Assembly: GCF_964204645.1 (NCBI RefSeq)
Contig: NW_027437432.1
Span: 149,653 to 213,652 of the forward strand
Length of the DNA stretch: 64,000 nucleotides
Origin: Tubulanus polymorphus
Lineage: Eukaryota > Animalia > Nemertea
Direction: 5' to 3'
Both the position numbers and the translations under genes were made by a program. Shown piece by piece: positions 1 through 12,500 of the stretch (position 1 is its first letter; each line of letters begins with the position of its first letter). The notes beneath the pieces were generated by a model, which saw only the letters and a list, made by a program, of their open reading frames with translations, ran no database searches and was not told where the DNA came from.

Positions 1-55
1 CCTATTTTTCTAGTACCGAGGTATAAATGAACTACTGTGTTCACTCAGTGGGTAA

Positions 56-251
<196 letters not shown>

Positions 252-678
252 GAGATAAGGGGCTGTTCAGGTGTGATGGATAGAAACACATTGCTGATTA
301 CAATATAACTGTATCTACTCGCAATACAAGTAATTACACACATTTACGATAGGTACAATAGGTACAATAGATGTGCATCGAATCTGTTTTTAATTTGTAT
401 AAGTTTTAGCTCTATTTAAACTATATAAACTTCAGATTAGAATCAACTACACATCGTGAAAACACTTTGAGTAACTAACAGTCTCCAGAAAAATCGAAAT
501 AAATTCCACTGGACTCCAGTTGCACGGTCAACAGATTGAATCAGTCTCAAGACTTCTCATCTTGGTACCAGTTTTATGATTACGCAATTGAATCCAGTGT
601 ATATATATATATATATATATCTGTACTACCTACTCATAACAATAAACAGTATATTTGGGTATATAGAAACAGTCTCAC

Positions 679-829
679 CATGTCAGCACCGCTGTCGAGG
701 GCGCATAGTTTCAAGGCCTGGTTCTTACAATCAATAATCACATTCATCATTACACAGCATTCTATCGGGAATAAGTAATCAGTTCCTTTACTGCCTTTCT
801 TTAACCACATTTCAAACGCTTTCAATGTC
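679..829 (-). CDS. CADPS: CADPS exon (last one in the window)
   Basis: [50 protein letters not shown]|GTGAGA. Confidence 0.9.
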
Positions 830-3800
830 CTACAAAACATAATTATGACAATAATTACAGCTTTATTCAGTCATAAATTTACCCCAGCAAATCATCCATA
901 ACCAATTACAGTGCAATTTAATATAGCTAAACCAATCAGATTGCAGGATCGATGAAGCTTCTCAACCAATCAGATTGCAGGATGAAGTGTCTCAACCAAT
1001 CAGGTTGCAGGGTAAAAGGGTCTGTTTCTTGTACATGGTTGATGGGGTTAGAGATGATTTGCTGATTACAAATTGAATACATTTCTCACACCACATATCA
1101 CACTGTAACCTGTATATCCATCATACACTGTACCCCGATACACTGTACCCTGATACACTGTACCCCGATACACTGTACCCCGATACACTGTACTCTGATA
1201 CACTGTACCCTGTATTTCCATTCTATATATAAAACCTTTAGATAGAAATTATCTGCTAAAGTAGAATGGTCACTTATAACATAAAATAAGTCTTTAGGTA
1301 GTTTCAATGTTTGTTTTAGCAGCCAAATAAATGTTCAATGTAACACTTATAGAAAATAACGGTTACATCCAGTATGAGAGAGAGAGAGAGATAGCTATTA
1401 ATTAAACACACTTTTCGCCAATTAGATTCTGTTAGTTCACAGTATTTAGATTGTTTAATAGATGCATTCAGATCCTTATATAAGCTGTACATGCACATGT
1501 ACATGCACATGTACATGTATATATACTATTGAAGTTATAAGCATAATAAATGATATTAGTTGAAAAGCTTTATAAACTCTGGGTTATTCTTAATAAAGCA
1601 AACTGTCAAATCTCAAAGATATTTTCAAATTTGAAACCTGAATTTTGATGAGAGGTGACAATTTTTCTGTATAAATGATTGAAAATGTGGCCCACTTTTC
1701 AACGCTCCAATTTTCACGGCAGTTCGCGCTGCATGTTATAAATTCTTTAAACACACATTGTTGACCTTCGGGTGATCCAGTGTATAATGTGTTCAAATAG
1801 CAATTCCGAATCCTTAAATACAATATAACATCTCACTAATCAACTCAATGTTTCCTCATTCTCTAAAACCAGACTTGGGTTCAGTTTCATGAAAATCTTT
1901 AAGCTAAAAACGGTTGAGTTTGATTTTGTTGTCATCTTGAAAACATGAAGCAACTACATGTACATGGAAATTGAACTTTTTGGAGAAACCCGAGTTTCAT
2001 TTCTAAAACAGTTTATTCTAGAAAGATGAGACATCTTTTCTAGAGGTATCTTTAGATCAAATCACTAGTAGACAATTCGATGATCTCATGGGGGGAATTA
2101 TGGAGACAGACATCCTTTCTGAAAGGGTCGACGGATCAAGGTACCTCAGGTGAAGGTAATAGGAATTCAATTAAATAAAATGAATTGATTTGAAAGTTTA
2201 CCTCTTTCCTGCAGCTTCAATCATATCAGCAGCCATTAGTTTTAACCGGTGATCGAGATGTTCAGCGAATACCTCTTCAGGCCAGTGTAAATCACGTATA
2301 AACGACTGTAACGCATCTAATTTCCATAACATATCCTCAGATGTAGCACATCCATTACTGAAATAATCATCGCCATATTTCACTTTACTTTGACGACAAA
2401 CTTTGTTCCAACCCTTGTGGCTACCTCCCCCCTACTGGAGTAGTGGTCTTACCCTTGTGGCTACCTCCCCCCTACTGGAGTAGTGGTCTTACCCTTGTGG
2501 CTACCCCCCCTGCTGTAGTAATGGTCTTACCCTTGTGGCTCCCAACGCTCTTTTTCAAATCCTTTATGAATTGATTGAGCGATTGAAGACTCCATCAGAT
2601 CAACGTATCGTACGACTTGAGGTGCAAAAACATCCCGTAAATGGTTGTGAAATTTACCACCGTTTAAATTTTCTGAAACGAACAAAAAATGAGAAATTCT
2701 CATTGAAACAAGTTATCTCAGAGCCGACCATGGCAAGTGAGGATGCACCAGGTGTCACTAGTGTGCAGTAGGACAACAGTTACTGCGGCAATAGAGAATT
2801 CCACTTATGTCAAGTGAGGAACCACCAGGTGTCACTAGTGTTCAGTAGGACATTAACTACTGCAGCAATAGATAATTCCACTTATTTCATGTGAGATTCC
2901 ACCAGGTGTCGCTATTATCGAGAATGAACTACGTTTAGGTTGAACAGTCGTATTGATACGGGCATGCCATCTGGCGGGATGTACCGGAGAATTTGTAAAT
3001 GAATGAGTTAATGTATAACATACCGTCATTGCGTAGATAGTCATTGAGTAATTGGAATAGAGGGAAACTATCCCAGGTATCCGGGGGTTGACCTTCTAAC
3101 ACAGCATCCATATCAACAGCAAACAGTGACCAGAATATCTCAGCATGTTCAACGAGTAAATCACTAAACCAAGCAAATGCCTACAACATCAATATCAATA
3201 AATCATCATCAGTTCTGTATCACCACCAGGGGGCGTTCGTTACTCAATGTATATTTCATTTCAACCATAGCCCAGTTCACTGAATTCTAATTCTCTGAAT
3301 CCCAGTTCCATGGTTAGTGTTTTTTTCCAATTTCAGTTTCACAGTTTGAATTATAACCTGTTTGTTGGTAGTTTCCAGTTCTATCTTCCACAGTTGTGGA
3401 AATTGATTCTTTAATTCTAAGTGACCAACAATTTGTAAGTTTTCAATGAAATATGAACTCATTAGTTACAACTGTGCAACTGGAGTCATCACCTTTAAGT
3501 CCAGAAGTAGTCTCTTTAATCTTATGGCTGGTCACAAATTGTAAGATAGGCTATAGATGGTGTTAAGCGATGTCCGTGTGATACTGGGTGCTGGTTAAAA
3601 TTCAAATAAACTCTTGAGAAAAACTTCTGCCAAAACCTTCACATTTATATGTTAAATCATTTAATCGCCCAAGATATGAATTAGCAGAAATATCAGAATA
3701 TTATTGTAAGCAACAGTTGTCATACACTGACAGTAAGCTTCAGAATGATTCATTGTTTCCTCAATTCAATATTTAGCTATTTTAGGTTTAAGTGTTCACA

Positions 3801-6506
3801 GTAGACTCGGTCTGACCAGGGATTTTCCAATCAAGTCAAATTTTAAAAGAAATTTCTCTAATAAAACGTAATAAGTTGTTTTAGTAAGAGGCTAACCCTA
3901 ACAACTTGCAACCAAAATGGACCTGCTAACCCTAACTCATAACCCATGCTTGTCCATAACCCTAACCCTAGCTGCAGCCCCCAGCGGGATTTGAACCTGG
4001 GTCTCTCAGTTGCCAGTCCTCTGTCCTAACCACTAGACCACTGAGCTGTAGTGACTGACTGAGATTGGAAGTTTGTATCATTGGTGACCAGTCAGGTGTG
4101 GTGACTGGTGACCAGTCAGGTGTGGTAACTATATGCACTAATAATACCCACTATCATTGTCTGAGTTCCCAATTGCCAGCAGTGAAATTATACCAGCAAC
4201 GAGGGGCATCAGAGGAGAATGTGTCCCAGCAGTTTACTAGAACAACTTAGGAATCACATGCATTTCTATCCTCTTTGAATTGGTCTAACGGGTCCCAAGA
4301 CAAACAAGAGTCTACTGTAACATTAAGCAGATATTTAGTAATTCAATTAATATCATATACATTGTGCTTGATTTTGATTAGTAGCAGGATTCAGAACCAG
4401 CAGGATTCAGAACCAGCAGGATTCAGAACCAGCAGGATTCAGAACCAGCAGGATTCAGAACCAGCTTAGAATCATTGAAATTCTTGATACTTTTTTTAAG
4501 CGAGAACTTTTCCCGAAATAGAAATCTTTTAAAAAATACCCGCGCTCGAATTTTCCTCGGATTTATGGGCTATAAAGAAACAACAACATTGCAATTTTCT
4601 GAATCATCAAAAATTTAACGATAAATTTTTTCTATTTTCTATCGAGTGGATAAATTTTTCTGTGAAATTCTCTTGTCAACCGTAATTTTTCTCTCTTCAT
4701 TGATAAAATAGAATCTATTTAATTCTGAGACATGCACCTACTGAAACTAGAGTGAGAAAAACATGACACATCTTAAAAATGTCTAAAAAACACATTTTGT
4801 TCTGGCTATAAAAATTTAGCTACAATCTTGACTTTAAAAAGTGCTATCGATTAACAGATAATATAGAATAATGTGTGATGTATGAAAAAAGAATTTAAAC
4901 AAATTTTAACATTTTTTCTTGTTCAAATTATGAATTCAAAAGTATTAAATCATATATCCAAAATGTACCTTTTCTTTTACAAGCCCCAAAAGAACTGAAA
5001 TTTCTTTTTGGAAGTGTTCGTAAATTGCTCGCAGTATTTTATGGCCCAGCGATTTTCAATTAATAGAAACTCAGCCTGGTCTCACTTTTCGTAGGAGTCT
5101 TGCAGCGTTGGTCCATGTTTTCTGACGAGGACACCCTGAGTTTAACATTTACCGGTAAATATTTCTCAGATATCTCGATATCATGTTCCACAGTTGAGTC
5201 AGAGATTTAACTCTTCAATTATCAGTGGAATCTGATGAGCAACACTTTGTTGAAATAAAACCTCTTAATTGAGCTCTCTATATAAAACCCTTTCATCGTG
5301 GTTTCGAACTCTTATCGGGCAAAACGCTTGCACCCAACAGTATCTTAGTCAACATTTCAAATTTTTCATAAACAAAAATTAATCCTCGAAGAAAAACAAC
5401 TTAATCAAAACGTGATGAGTTTTTACTTTCAAAGAAGAAATAACCAAAAATAAAACCAAATCGCAGAAATAGAATATTCTAAATTTTCAAGCAACGGAAA
5501 AAACCGTGTGGACAAAACTCACCGTTTTAAAGCCCTAAATTAAAAGACACAACACGTTAAATATGAGAAATAGAAAGAGAGAGAGAGAGAGAGAACATGC
5601 AACAATGGACTTGTGGTGTGGTCTGAACCAGTGGTGAGGTCGGAACTGTCACTGACCCCACACAATCATTGTAATGCTGAATTCACATTCTAGATACATT
5701 ACACATTATGTTATTCTAGTGTAGCTATAAATCTGCAGCCTGGAACTCGCAACCCTTCAAACTTTCACTCGCGTATTTTTGTTTGTAGTTAACTCACAAT
5801 TAAGAATGTCTCAGGGGAAGCACTGAACACATGTATAGTGTGGAGTGTGGCCACGGGTACAGGGTCCGGGCTGTAGATTGATATCTGCATAACACCATGT
5901 TATTCATCTATTTAAATTCTATTATCATAAATTTGCATATATTAGCAGGTGCTGCCACCTATGCTGTATAAGAATCAACCGCAGGAACCCCCTTCAACTA
6001 GTCACACTCTATCCATAGTAGCATGCGTCCAAACATTTTGAAAAAAAAATGCAATAAAATTTTGCGATATTATGAGAAAACTTCATGCATTAAAAACACT
6101 GCATCACTGGCGGTCAAACTGTGCGTAATTTATGTTCGGTTTGAGATGTTAAATATTGAAAGAATAAGCTCTATTTCATACAATTCAATCGATGTGATTT
6201 TTGGAACGGCTTATTTTTTCTCAAGGTGCATTTTAAACAAACGCAACTAAATGAATAGCACATGAGAATTAGTAATAGTTAAATCCTTGAGTAGTAATAA
6301 TAATTATTATTATTATTATTATAATTAATGATAATAATATTAAGAAAAAGTGTATATAATTAATCGATAAATAATAAAAAAATCTAGAAAACCCAAAAAA
6401 TGATTGATTGACCTGTGACTGAGGAATTCTCTTTTGATGTGGATCTCGACGCTTTAAATATAATAATAATAACAACATTTCAATAGAGATCTGTGGCAGC
6501 AGCAGC

Positions 6507-6545
<39 letters not shown>

Positions 6546-9500
6546 GGATTAGAATTAGACACCCCCTCCACACAGTTTGTGATTAGTCCCCTATATAAAC
6601 ATATGACTAATTCTACTGAGCTGAAATAACGTACATATCTCGCCACATGCAAACATTGCATTTAACTCCATTGAATAATCATATATATATACTCACAATG
6701 AGTGAGGGGTGGAGTGGAGGGAGGGGGGAGCAGGGGGTGAAAGGGGGAGGGAGGAGTACAGGTGTTTATATCACACATATATATGTATAATATATATAAT
6801 ATATCAATGCATATTGTGGGTATTTGTGCTGCACTATTAAACCCACTGAGAGGAGGAGAACACTTCAGCTGAGACCCGTCTAGGAAACCCTGGCTCGCCC
6901 ATAGATACTGTATTTACCAGTTAACCTATTGACTTGTGGGACCCGTGGATACTGGCCCGGGTGACCCGTGAACAATGGCCCAGGTGGTCCGTGGACATTG
7001 ACCCGGGTGATCTGTAGACATTGGCCCCAAAGACCCATGGACATTGGCGCGGGTGACCCGTGGATGTTGGCGCGGGCGACCCATGGACATGGTGAATGTT
7101 GGTGCAGGTGACCCGTGGATATTGGCGCGTGTGACCCGTGGATGTTGGCGCGGGTGACCCGTGGATGTTGGCGCGGGTGACCCATGGATGTTGGCGCGGG
7201 TGACCCATGGACATTGGCATGGGTGACCCATGGACATTGGCGCGTGTGACCCGTGGATGTTGGCGTGGGCGACCCATGGACATGGTGGATGTTGGCGTGG
7301 GCGACCCATGGACATGGTGGATGTTGGCGTGGGCGACCCATGGACATGGTGGATGTTGGCGCGTGTGACCCGTGGATGTTGGCGCGGGTGACCCGTGGAT
7401 GTTGGCGCGTGTGACCCGTGGATGTTGGCGCGTGTGACCCGTGGATGTTGGCGCGTGTGACCCGTGGATGTTGGCGCGTGTGACCCGTGGATGTTGGCGC
7501 GGGTGACCCGTGGATGTTGGCGCGGGTGACCCGTGGATGTTGGCGCGTGTGACCCGTGGATGTTGGCGCGTGTGACCCGTGGATGTTGGCGCGTATGACC
7601 CGTGGATGTTGGCGCGTGTGACCCGTGGATGTTGGCACGTGTGACCCGTGGATGTTGGCGCGTGTGACCCGTGGATGTTGGCGCGGGTGACCCGTGGATG
7701 TTGGCGCGGGTGACCCGTGGATGTTGGCGCGGGTGACCCGTGGATGTTGGCACGGGCGACCCATGGACATGGTGGATGTTGGCGCGTGTGACCCGTGGAC
7801 ACTGATACGTAGCTATTAACTTGATTAAAATCAGTATGAAATACAGTGTCTTACCTCAGCGTGGTGCTCCTCATTCTGTTGTAGAACTTCTATACACAGT
7901 TCAGCTAGATGTATAATATCTTCTAAACGTCGTTCTGAAGATACATCATTACACAATGAGTCTGACCGTCACACACACACACAAACATCAATAAAGAAAG
8001 AGAAAGAAAGAAAAAAAACACATAAAATGTGAGAAATAGAGAAGGAAATCAGTTCACAAAAGACAAGTGCGGCAGCTTTATCTAACCAGGTATAACCAGG
8101 TATAGTGAGTTAAACCTGGTATAGTGAGTTAAACCTGGTATAGTGAGTTAAACCTGCACTTTAAACTGACAAAACATTTAAAACTATTATTTCAATATAC
8201 ATGAAAAGCATGAACTGTTTAATAAAATAATTTCATATTTCATTGAATCATGGCAAAATCAACGTGGCAGTACATATCAACAGTTGAAACATAAAAAACA
8301 TTGCGATTCAAAAAGGAATTTGCGATAAAATAATAAAAGCTATAAATCAGTAAAATATCAGAATCAAAATATCGACTGAGTCCCTCGATTCTCTACACTA
8401 GACTATGTACAATAACCCTGAACATGAAGAGGGAGGGGGAGGGGAGTTCTGTAGTTACCGGTATTGAGGGGGAGGGGAGTTCTGTAATAACCGGTATTGA
8501 GGGGGGAGGGGAGTTCTGTAATAACCGGTATTGAGGGGGGAGGGGAGTTCTGTAATAACCGGTATTGAAGGGGAGGGGAGTTCTGTAATAACCGGTATTG
8601 AGGGGGGAGGGGAGTTCTGCAATAACCGGTATTGAGGGGGAGGGGAGTTCTGTAATAACCGGTATTGAGAGGGGAGGGTTCTGTAATAACTGGTATTGAG
8701 GGGGAGGGGAGTTCTGTAATAACCGGTATTGAGGGGGGAGGGGAGTTCTGTAATAACCGGTATTGAGGGGGGAGGGGAGTTCTGTAATAACCGGTATTGA
8801 GAGGGGAGGGGAGTTCTGTAATAACTGGTATTGAGGGGGAGGGGAGTTCTGTAATAACCGGTATTGAGGGGGGAGGGGAGTTCTGTAATAACCGGTATTG
8901 AGGGGGAGGGGAGTTCTGTAATAACCGGTATTGAGGGGGAGGGGAGTTCTGTAATAACCGGTATTGAGGGGGAGGGGAGTTCTGTAATAACCGGTATTGA
9001 GGGGGAGGGGAGTTCTGTAATAACCGGTATTGAGGGGGAGGGGAGTTCTGTAGTAACCGGTATTGAGGGGGGAGGGGAGTTCTGTAATAACCGGTATTAA
9101 GGGTTGATGGCTATTCGTTTTTTAATTTCATAGTAATTGATCCCGCAATACAGAAATTACCTACAAAAAGCGAATCGGAATAATCTAAAAAAGATAACAT
9201 CCTAATGGTGGATTCTTATAGTTCATTTATTTTCATGGTTTGATTTATTTAGATCCACCATTTCAGATATGAAAATGAATTTGAATCTAACATTGATCGA
9301 TGGAAATAAAATCACCTTTTTTTCCTTGTTCTCGACCTATGTGAGTAATTAATAACAATCATAGATTATCAATATTTATCTCATTCCTTGTTATTTAATA
9401 CAATTCTTGTTTCACATCAAAATACGACATAATACCAGGAAACAGTTCCACAGTTCCGGGCCCAGTTCCACAGTTCTGGACCCAGTTCCACAATTCCGGG

Positions 9501-12500
9501 CCCAGTTCCACAGTACTGAACCTAGTTCCACAGTTCAGAACTCAGTTCCACAGTACTGAACCTAGTTCAACAGTTCAGGACCCAGTTCCACAGTTCCACA
9601 GTTCATAGTTAATATTTGACTTGAGAGTTTGAACTAATTTCAACTCTAGTCAAATAAACCGACAATGTAGAAACTGGATCTATTATCTTCATCGAAAACA
9701 TGAAGCAACAGATAGCATGCTAAACCAAAAACCATATATTTGAGTTGAACTTTGTCGTGAAACTGGCCCCGGGTGTAATTTCACAAATTTGGGTCCGAAA
9801 AATATCTAGAGTTTGTAGAAAAACTTACCTTCAATTTTTGCATATTCAGATATTCTGGTATAGTTAACTAGTGCTGCATTTTCCAGACATTTTTTAATGA
9901 CGTTTCTGACCTCTTCAGGAGGAACAGGAGTGACTATATCCTTCATTAAAACCTGTCAATATTCAATAAACTGATTATATTCATCGTCTAATATTCTCAC
10001 CATTTCTAACATTTTCTTGAAAATAAATTGGGAAATTTTTAAAATCCAAAGAAGTTTAACTTAAATGAAAATTGTTTATTTTTCTTCTTTCTTTAACTAA
10101 ATTAAATTAGGAATTCAGTCAAAATTAAGACGACGCGAGTAATTTAGAATCAGTTATAGAATCTCAATATTTTGGGGAGGGTTAGTTAAACATTTCAAGT
10201 ATACCGCATACTGGTCAGTTGGTCAATTAGTCTCACCACGGAACAGTGGCTTTGATCTAAATGAATGGTCACTAATTGAAGAAATAATTAGTTAGTGACC
10301 ACTGGTCAAACTAATAACCCTTTCATGTGAGTGACCAAATTGTTAGTAAACATTTTAAAACATTTACAAAACAACTTTTAAAATGATGATTAAACAAAAA
10401 AAATATACAACAAAATTATTACCGAAAATATTCCTGAAATCAACAGAGACAAAAAACTGTTTTCTACTAATGAGCGGAGGGCAGACATTGACTGACAACA
10501 TCAGGGGGGTTAAAATGTAGTGCCCCGGGGCCACAGTGCCCCGAACAGCCCAGCAACCACTTCACGAAGGGGTATATGAATACATTCGAACCTCTTGCCA
10601 TTTTTCAAAGACATGATTTACAGGAAAAATATCAGCAGGACGAAGGCAAACCTGAAACAGAATACTTCACACGATCTCATCTGACCTTCACTTGATTCTG
10701 TGTCCTGTGAAACTAGGACTGTTTAATAACACACTCGGCCACACACTCACTGACACACTCACTCACACACTCACTGAGACACTCACACTGGTTTTTGACA
10801 CTAAAAGCATTTTTTATTAGTCATTATTCAAAACATGGATGACCAGCCAAGGTCAAGGTTGATATCGGTGTGTTCTGTGTACTTTAATTATCCGATATTT
10901 GTCCTATTTTTGTGTTTGATAGAAATATTGAATTTCACACTAGATACAGTCAGTAATATAGCGCAGTGTTTTCTCAATATCGATAGTTTATTCTGAGAAT
11001 AATCAACAGTAAATTTACCTCAATTAAAAATACAGTTATCTATAAGCAAGCTTAATTAATACTAGACATTCTTATTGGACCAAACACAGGGAGGGGGTGG
11101 TAGTTGTTGTACGAACCCCTTACAGTCTCCTCGGGCAAGACACTTATCCTCATTGCCTCTCTCCACCCAGGAGTTAATGGGTAACGGCCTGATAGATGAC
11201 TCCTGAGCGCCTAGCAGCTGTTCGGATGTTACTTCTACCCGGAGAGAGATGACTGATAAATGGTTTGGAGTTATTGGCTGGGGGTGATAACGATAGCACC
11301 GTTGAACGTTGTATCACTGTGAAAATGGCGCTTTGTTCATAGCATACGACAACCCTTCAGGGCTTAAAGCAAATCTACTTCCAGTAATTGAAAACTAAAA
11401 AGCACCAGAAATGACAATGGCCCCGAAAAACTAAGCATTGTTGATGATTATAAAGAAATTCCAAATTTCAATCGTAAAAAATCAGTGGAATTTCTACAAA
11501 GTGTAATAAATGCCGAGGCAGTGAAAACAACCCGAAGCAGCAAATAAAAATATTATTTAAAAAGCAGAAAGCAACAAATAAAATGAAGCGTAACGTGCCC
11601 CGAGACATTGCACTATCACATTGATAAGCTGAGGGGGCAGTCGTCAAAAACTAAATCTGAATCTATAAAATATTGAAACAAATCTCGAATAACTTTTCTC
11701 TGGAATAAAAAACTAGTGAAGAGTTGACTTTTCCAAACAAAAATTCAGTTTGAAAATATGTTTTTTCCTCTAAAATGGAAAAGTGAACCCTCCAAAAACT
11801 CAATAAAGTTTTAGTCAAATGTAGTTAAGCCATCGCAAGTCGTCACATTTCTGTAGCCATCTTTTTAGTCTAAATTTGTATTCACAAGTTAATGTAATAC
11901 TTAAAGTGTAGTTGATTATTTGGGTAATGATCATTAACAACCACGCTGACAGAAACTGAATTCATCTCTTCATCAAACTCCTCTTCATATTCAACTATCT
12001 AACGATTGATATCTAGAATATTCAAGCGATATTTTGCGAGACTTTTCTCGATGCTTTCATCACAAAATCGTGAGCTTAAGCGTGAGAAAAAGATAACAGT
12101 AGTTGCTCTCACTGTGATTGTGATTGAGATACACGTCTTGCTGTGGTCATTCGTTTCAGTAAATGTTTTCTAAATGAAATATCAGAAGCTATAGCTCTAT
12201 ATCTATATGATTACGATGAATTGAAACCGATGATGTTAATATTTGAAATAGTGTTTAAACTCTGCTGTGAATATAAGCTACAATCAGAGTGATTATAATT
12301 ATATATATATATAATAAAATACTTGCAGGAGATCGGAACATCTGCAAATAACAATCAATATATTAATATTTATCTAAATATATATCCATGATACACATAT
12401 TTATTCCGATATCGATAGAATTCAAGTCGGTCGAAAAGATGATTATTTGATTTTCATTTTTTCTAATCATGAATATACCAGGGGGGGGGGGGTCTCCTGC

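Noticed and set aside
6880-7802. Long ORFs (275-296 aa), and similar ORFs at 15481-16173, 25334-25969, 27259-27861, 30051-30570, 48013-49064 and 63449-63998
   Set aside because: Translations of tandem repeats, often open in several frames; not independent genes.
10428-12341. Extra CADPS exon candidates (12323-12341, 11019-11039, 10592-10651, 10428-10438)
   Set aside because: Two shift the frame; the others have weak signals or would interrupt the highly conserved LER/VLMKD junction. Not supportable without RNA data.
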